This document shows, in pieces, positions 59,177 through 64,000 of a stretch of 64,000 nucleotides of DNA. A program made the translations under genes and the position numbers. The number at the start of each line of letters is the position of its first letter. Within the stretch, counting starts at the first letter, position 1. Where the stretch lies: the NCBI GenBank assembly GCA_963662585.1, contig OY759729.1:2528001-2592000 (forward strand), in the 5' to 3' direction. This DNA is from Candidatus Cloacimonadales bacterium (GTDB lineage Bacteria; Cloacimonadota; Cloacimonadia; Cloacimonadales; JAFGVF01). The notes under the pieces were generated by a model. The model made no database searches. It was not told the origin of the DNA and worked only from the letters and a program-made list of their open reading frames with translations.

Positions 59177-59255
59177 TAATATTTGTATTTATGGAAGACT
59201 TCCCAGTTAAGATGCCTTCAAGATGAAGGTTCTCCCAGTGGGTGCTCCCAGTTTT

Positions 59256-61949
59256 TTATTTCATCAAGACCATTTTACCAGTTTTTCTATCATTACCAAT
59301 TTGTAGTTTAAGATAATAAACTCCTGAAGCTACGCTTCTTCCTTTACTATCATCACCTTTCCAAGTATATTTATACTTATCACTCTTAAGTCTCTCATTA
59401 ACAATTTCTTTTACCATCTGACCCTTGAGATTATAGATTCTAGCTATTACTTGTTGAGAATCACCTTTACTACTTTTTCCTACTGAGAAGGAGATAGTTG
59501 TCTCAGGGTTGAAAGGATTAGGATAATTTCCTGTATAGTCATTTACTAAGAGAGATATATCATTTTCATTTGAAACAACCTGTGTGGTAACAAATTGACT
59601 AATTACAGACCAGCCAGAATTACCAAAGTTGTTATGAGCTTTTACTCTCCAGTAGTAGCGAGTTAAAGGATCTAACTCAGGAATAATATAAGATGCTGTT
59701 TCAATATCTGTTATTTCTATCAAATCACTATAAAAATAAACATTTTTACATACTTGCAAAGAATAATATTGAGCAGCAAACACATTCTCCCATTCAAACT
59801 CAACTTCTTCATAATCAACATAGACAGCATTATTAGCTGGTAATTGAGGATTAGTATTATTAGGAACTGTAGTGAATTGACCAGTGGTGAAACTGAATGT
59901 TTCTGAGAAATCACTGGAGAGTGAACCATTAATAGCTTTGACTTTCCAATAATATGTTGTAAATGCGTTTAAACTTGGAGTTTCAAATTCATTGCTTTCG
60001 TTAGTATCATTAAAGAAGATATCTTCAAAACTACTATCTGTAGCTAATGATAATTCATAAGCTGTTGCTCCCATTATAGGTGACCAAGATATGATTGGGT
60101 CAGTATCTACTTCGGTAGCATTGTTTTCAGGATAGACCAACTGAGGTGTTGCTAAGTAAGAGATAACTGTAAGAGGTTTATTAATAATATCAAATTTACC
60201 TGTAGCTAACTCTGTTACTTTCAAATATACGGATTCAGAATTAATTTCTGGTATTTCCCAGTTATAACTTCCGGAATTAGCATTTACTTGAGCTATCTCA
60301 AGCCAGTTCTCACCATTATCAATGCTGAACTCAAGTGCTATATCAGTTACAGAGTTTTTTCTGATCCAAGTAATATTGTTTTCACCACCAGAGATTAAAG
60401 ATTCTCCATTAATCAAGGAAGTTAAATAGATATTAGAAATATCAACTTTAAAAGTAATTGAATCTTGCTCAACAACAATGTCATAGATATCTACACCAGT
60501 ATAGTTACCATTAGTACCTGTTGCTGGTGGGATAGTGTTTTGTCCGAAACTATTATTATTACCGTTAAAAGGAGCCATGGAAAGTTGCCCACCACCATTA
60601 GAATTTCCGTAAGGACGATAGATATAAACTTCATCTGGAGGGCCACCGGCGTTTCCTTCACCAGCATATGAATTATTAATCTTGTAGGTTAAAAGACCTT
60701 CGCTTGGAAGTCCTGATTCAAAGAGTGGATCTATTCTTCTATACTCTAAATAGATATCTTCTGCATAATTCCATGATTGGATTTTATACACTTGATTCTC
60801 GGAAGATGAAACAGGGTAGAGTGAATAAGTTCCGCTCTCCTCAATCTTAGGAATTTCAGGCATCCAATTGGTATAAAAATACTTCATATAAGAGTTCATG
60901 TGTTGAGGAGGATTAGTGTTATTAGCCATTAAATCCCAGATTCCTACAGGGTCGCCATCTGAGTTATATCTGTATAGGTCTGGAGCACCAAGTGAATGAT
61001 ATAACTCATGACACATGACACTAGTACCGCTACTGTTTAAATGCGTCTCTATCTGGAAATTAAAGTCCCATACTTGGTGACCATGAATATAAGCTTCAGC
61101 ATAATAGAGTGACCAACGATGAGGCCAAAGAAGTGACGCCCAATTGTTTGGACTTCCTTTAACTATATAGATGACATTATCTACATAACCATCATTATCA
61201 CCATCAATAGGTAAGTCTTCTGGTATCATAGATTCTACAAATTCAGCTGCATTAGCTAAAAGTGTATGTTCGCGGTATCCTCTTTCTTCACCAGAATCAC
61301 CACCTTGATATCCGATAGGATTGGCTGCTGAATAGGCTTCATAGTAACCTCTAGGATTTGGATCTTCATAAGCTACAATTGTATTTTCAGGTGAGACAGG
61401 TGGAAAGAATTCCCCAGAGACATCTAGTTGGCCATAAGAGACTTCATGATAGTAGTTTCTTACAGAATTAGCATCTAAAGACTGATCATTTAACATATCA
61501 TCATAAAGAGAGATATCTGTGCTAAAATCACTATCACCTTGGAATTTTATAAATATTACAAGATTGACTAATGAACCTACTGAAGGGGTTCTTTCTTCTA
61601 CTCTAGGATTGTTAGCGTAAAATTCATCTCTTTTGGCTTTCCATTCTTTAGCATCGATATTAATATTAGGAAGAAGTCCTTTACTTGCCGGTAATGTCTC
61701 TCCGGCTCTATATGCTGTAGAAATAATTTCATTACCTAATTTATCAGCATAGACATAATATCCTGCTTGGTCACGGGTAATAGTATATCCTTCCTTATCA
61801 TGGAACCAGTGATGGAATTCATCTCCAGAAGCATAAAGAGAAATCATCTTGCCATCAGGTTGTTGAACTTCCATTGGGACATCTTTTACATAAGCACTAA
61901 ACAACATAACTGGTAATAATACCAATATTAAAAAAATAAGTCGTCTCAT
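59256..61949 (-). CDS. M6 (immune inhibitor A-like) metalloprotease with FN3-like repeats and FlgD/T9SS-like CTD
   Basis: LWPHRW, CHELYHSLGAPDLY, WDLMA, LEYR; YYWKVKA/YYWRVKA; NYPNPFNPETTISF...VASGVYY. Confidence 0.9.
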   Translation of the reverse strand: MRRLIFLILVLLPVMLFSAYVKDVPMEVQQPDGKMISLYASGDEFHHWFHDKEGYTITRDQAGYYVYADKLGNEIISTAYRAGETLPASKGLLPNINIDAKEWKAKRDEFYANNPRVEERTPSVGSLVNLVIFIKFQGDSDFSTDISLYDDMLNDQSLDANSVRNYYHEVSYGQLDVSGEFFPPVSPENTIVAYEDPNPRGYYEAYSAANPIGYQGGDSGEERGYREHTLLANAAEFVESMIPEDLPIDGDNDGYVDNVIYIVKGSPNNWASLLWPHRWSLYYAEAYIHGHQVWDFNFQIETHLNSSGTSVMCHELYHSLGAPDLYRYNSDGDPVGIWDLMANNTNPPQHMNSYMKYFYTNWMPEIPKIEESGTYSLYPVSSSENQVYKIQSWNYAEDIYLEYRRIDPLFESGLPSEGLLTYKINNSYAGEGNAGGPPDEVYIYRPYGNSNGGGQLSMAPFNGNNNSFGQNTIPPATGTNGNYTGVDIYDIVVEQDSITFKVDISNIYLTSLINGESLISGGENNITWIRKNSVTDIALEFSIDNGENWLEIAQVNANSGSYNWEIPEINSESVYLKVTELATGKFDIINKPLTVISYLATPQLVYPENNATEVDTDPIISWSPIMGATAYELSLATDSSFEDIFFNDTNESNEFETPSLNAFTTYYWKVKAINGSLSSDFSETFSFTTGQFTTVPNNTNPQLPANNAVYVDYEEVEFEWENVFAAQYYSLQVCKNVYFYSDLIEITDIETASYIIPELDPLTRYYWRVKAHNNFGNSGWSVISQFVTTQVVSNENDISLLVNDYTGNYPNPFNPETTISFSVGKSSKGDSQQVIARIYNLKGQMVKEIVNERLKSDKYKYTWKGDDSKGRSVASGVYYLKLQIGNDRKTGKMVLMK

Positions 61950-62305
61950 ATATCCTCACAATTTTTATTTATATATCCTTTAATAATATATTAATATAAA
62001 TCAATAATTATGTCAAATTAAATTACTCAAAAGCACATTAACTTAAACAAATGACACTATTTAGAACTTAAAATACATATATATATAGATAAGAGAAAAA
62101 AAAACTTGTTTTTTTGAAAGAAAAAGTTCATTTAAAAATGGAAGTAAGTAACTTTGTTCAAGGGCAGTGTCTTTGAATAAAGTGATATATAATATGTGAA
62201 TAAAATGACATTTTATATAAAATCTGCTTTTTATATTGACAGAAAATCAAGATCTACTTGTATAAAAAAAAGGTCTGATAACTTACAAGTTAGAAGGAGA
62301 TAGTT

Positions 62306-63988
62306 ATGTTTCTTAAAAGAGTAGAGATAGATAAATTTAGGAACTTTCAGAATGCTGAAGTAGAGTTTAGTGAGAATAAATTCTCCAAGGTATATTCAAT
62401 TGCCTCTATAAATGGTGGGGGAAAGAGCACTTTACTTCAATTCATCTATATCATGCTGTCTTGTTTTAGAGAAAAAAAACTCCATAAATATATAATAAAT
62501 CTTCTAGAAACGGAAAATTATCCTTCTGATTATCAAAATAGAATAGCTCGTTTTGTGATAGCAGATGAGCAGGATATTGATTTAGAATATATGGTTCTAC
62601 CTGCCGAAAACGAACTTTTTAACAGTAATTTATTAGCTGAGTTAGAGAACTTAGAAGCTGATTTAAAGAAACATCATGAGGATTTACGACAATCTGCTGA
62701 ATTTATAAAATTCTATGAAACATTAAAAAAATCAGACTCTGTAACAAATGAACTAAGAAGTCTTGCTCTCAAATTTACTCCTATAGTTGTATTTCCTAAA
62801 AGCAAAGATTATGATGTCTATAATAGGGTAAAAGGCTCAGATAAATTGCTTGATTTCCAAGTGTTTGCCGAGTATATTAAGAATCGAGATAGCTATATTG
62901 TTGAGGACAAAACTCAAGCAATGACTAATAGAAAAAAAGAGTTAATAGAGGCTATGAAACTTCAAAAAGAGCAACTTAAAGCAGAAGGCTTTAATTATAT
63001 CACAACTTTTGCAGATAATAAACTCCTCTTGTTACTTAAATCAAATGTGGATAATGATGTCTTAGATAAAATTTCTCATGCAGTATATCTTAATGGACCA
63101 GATACTCAGATCTATCTTTTTATGTCAAAAGAAGATAAACAAACTCTACTTAACAATACCAGCACTACTCACTACTTTGATTATGATAAATTTGGTAATG
63201 AAATCTATGTTGCTAATAACTATAACGATAGAATCAGGAAAGTAAAGAGAGATTTAAAAAACTATAATACCTATGATTTTGTTTCTAAAAAAATTATAAT
63301 TAAAGCTTGCAAAAAAGCCTTTGAAGAAGATAATAAGGAGAAGCTAAGAACTAACCAGTTCGGTTGTCATTATGACGATTTTATTAAAGACTTAAATACC
63401 TTCTTTGATGATAAAAGAATTGAAATTACTGATGAAATGAGCGATGTTAAATTCTATCTCTCTTCAGAAGAAAAAGAGTTGAGTCCAGAAGATTTAAGTC
63501 ATGGAGAACTCAAGAGATTAAGTATCTTTATCTGGCTGAAATATCTGATTGAAAAAGGTGCTATTATTCTGATGGATGAAATAGATATTGCCCTTCACCC
63601 TAAATGGCTCTATCGTATATCCAAGGATTTAGATAGATGGGCTAATCGTAATCAAGTAATACTCGCTACTCATTCTCCACAGATAGTAAGTGCTACCTAT
63701 TATAAGAATATTATTAAGTTAGAAAATGAGAATTCTGTGGTGAAAGTTAAGAAATACATTAAACCTCCTGTAGATAGAGATATTAACGCTATCGTAAGAA
63801 CAATTATGGATGCCCCTGATTTTCCACTAGAACTTTTAGAATTACACAAAAAATACAGAAAACTAGTTGATGAAGGCCAAGCTAATACTCCTGCAGCTAA
63901 AGAATTACGAGAAGAGATTCTGGAACATGAGAGTGAAAACTCAGCCTTTTTCCAAGATATAGACTTTGATTTGGAACTTATGGAATGA
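62306..63988 (+). CDS. ABC-type AAA ATPase (AAA_15/AAA_21-like, PtuA/AbiEii-like)
   Basis: SINGGGKST (Walker A), LSHGE signature, ILMDEIDIALHPKW, LATHSPQIV; RBS AAGGAG. Confidence 0.85.
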   Translation: MFLKRVEIDKFRNFQNAEVEFSENKFSKVYSIASINGGGKSTLLQFIYIMLSCFREKKLHKYIINLLETENYPSDYQNRIARFVIADEQDIDLEYMVLPAENELFNSNLLAELENLEADLKKHHEDLRQSAEFIKFYETLKKSDSVTNELRSLALKFTPIVVFPKSKDYDVYNRVKGSDKLLDFQVFAEYIKNRDSYIVEDKTQAMTNRKKELIEAMKLQKEQLKAEGFNYITTFADNKLLLLLKSNVDNDVLDKISHAVYLNGPDTQIYLFMSKEDKQTLLNNTSTTHYFDYDKFGNEIYVANNYNDRIRKVKRDLKNYNTYDFVSKKIIIKACKKAFEEDNKEKLRTNQFGCHYDDFIKDLNTFFDDKRIEITDEMSDVKFYLSSEEKELSPEDLSHGELKRLSIFIWLKYLIEKGAIILMDEIDIALHPKWLYRISKDLDRWANRNQVILATHSPQIVSATYYKNIIKLENENSVVKVKKYIKPPVDRDINAIVRTIMDAPDFPLELLELHKKYRKLVDEGQANTPAAKELREEILEHESENSAFFQDIDFDLELME

Positions 63989-64000
63989 AGTTTGTAAGAA
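63985..64000 (+). CDS. Start of a coupled downstream ORF (MKFVR...), truncated by the window
   Basis: ATGA overlap with ATPase stop codon; only 5 codons visible. Confidence 0.4.

Noticed and set aside
58667..59179. ORFs of 62 and 92 aa
   Set aside because: Lie entirely in repeat mosaics
2784..60671. Numerous antisense or nested ORFs inside long genes (e.g. 39173-39622, 51443-52879)
   Set aside because: Shadow frames of well-supported genes with no motifs
61950..64000. Retron
   Set aside because: No reverse transcriptase and no clear a1/a2 inverted repeats in this window; cannot be excluded downstream

Overview
AT-rich bacterial chromosomal window. The organism is probably Candidatus Cloacimonadota or a related FCB-group anaerobe, inferred from secreted C25 and M6 proteases with FlgD/T9SS-like C-terminal domains. 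The backbone is housekeeping: Fe-S hydro-lyase beta subunit, TetR-RND efflux operon, lepB-hemW-mlaD-Omp85 operon, ackA, ndk, trmB, clpB (with a CIRCE-like element), thiolase, hslO, gcvH, gmk, a probable rpoZ and family-4 UDG. Accessory content: (1) an ~11.5 kb defence island (sacsin-like remnant, SNF2 helicase, type III-like Mod, a RhuM/antirepressor-like DNA-binding gene plus Doc-type Fic gene, type III-like Res) bracketed by direct copies of a ~98-bp four-hairpin repeat; (2) a lone IS200-like Y1/HUH transposase (RAYT-like) flanked by inverted arrays of that same repeat, with 16 full copies in the window; (3) intergenic mosaics of several other short palindromic REP-like families and a MITE-like element; (4) a two-component pair in which both the kinase His and the receiver Asp are replaced by Asn; (5) an ABC-type ATPase at the right edge coupled to a gene cut off by the window end (Septu/retron-effector-like). 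I found no rRNA, tRNA or true CRISPR array. All coordinates and counts were read by eye and may be off by a few bases. No database searches were run.
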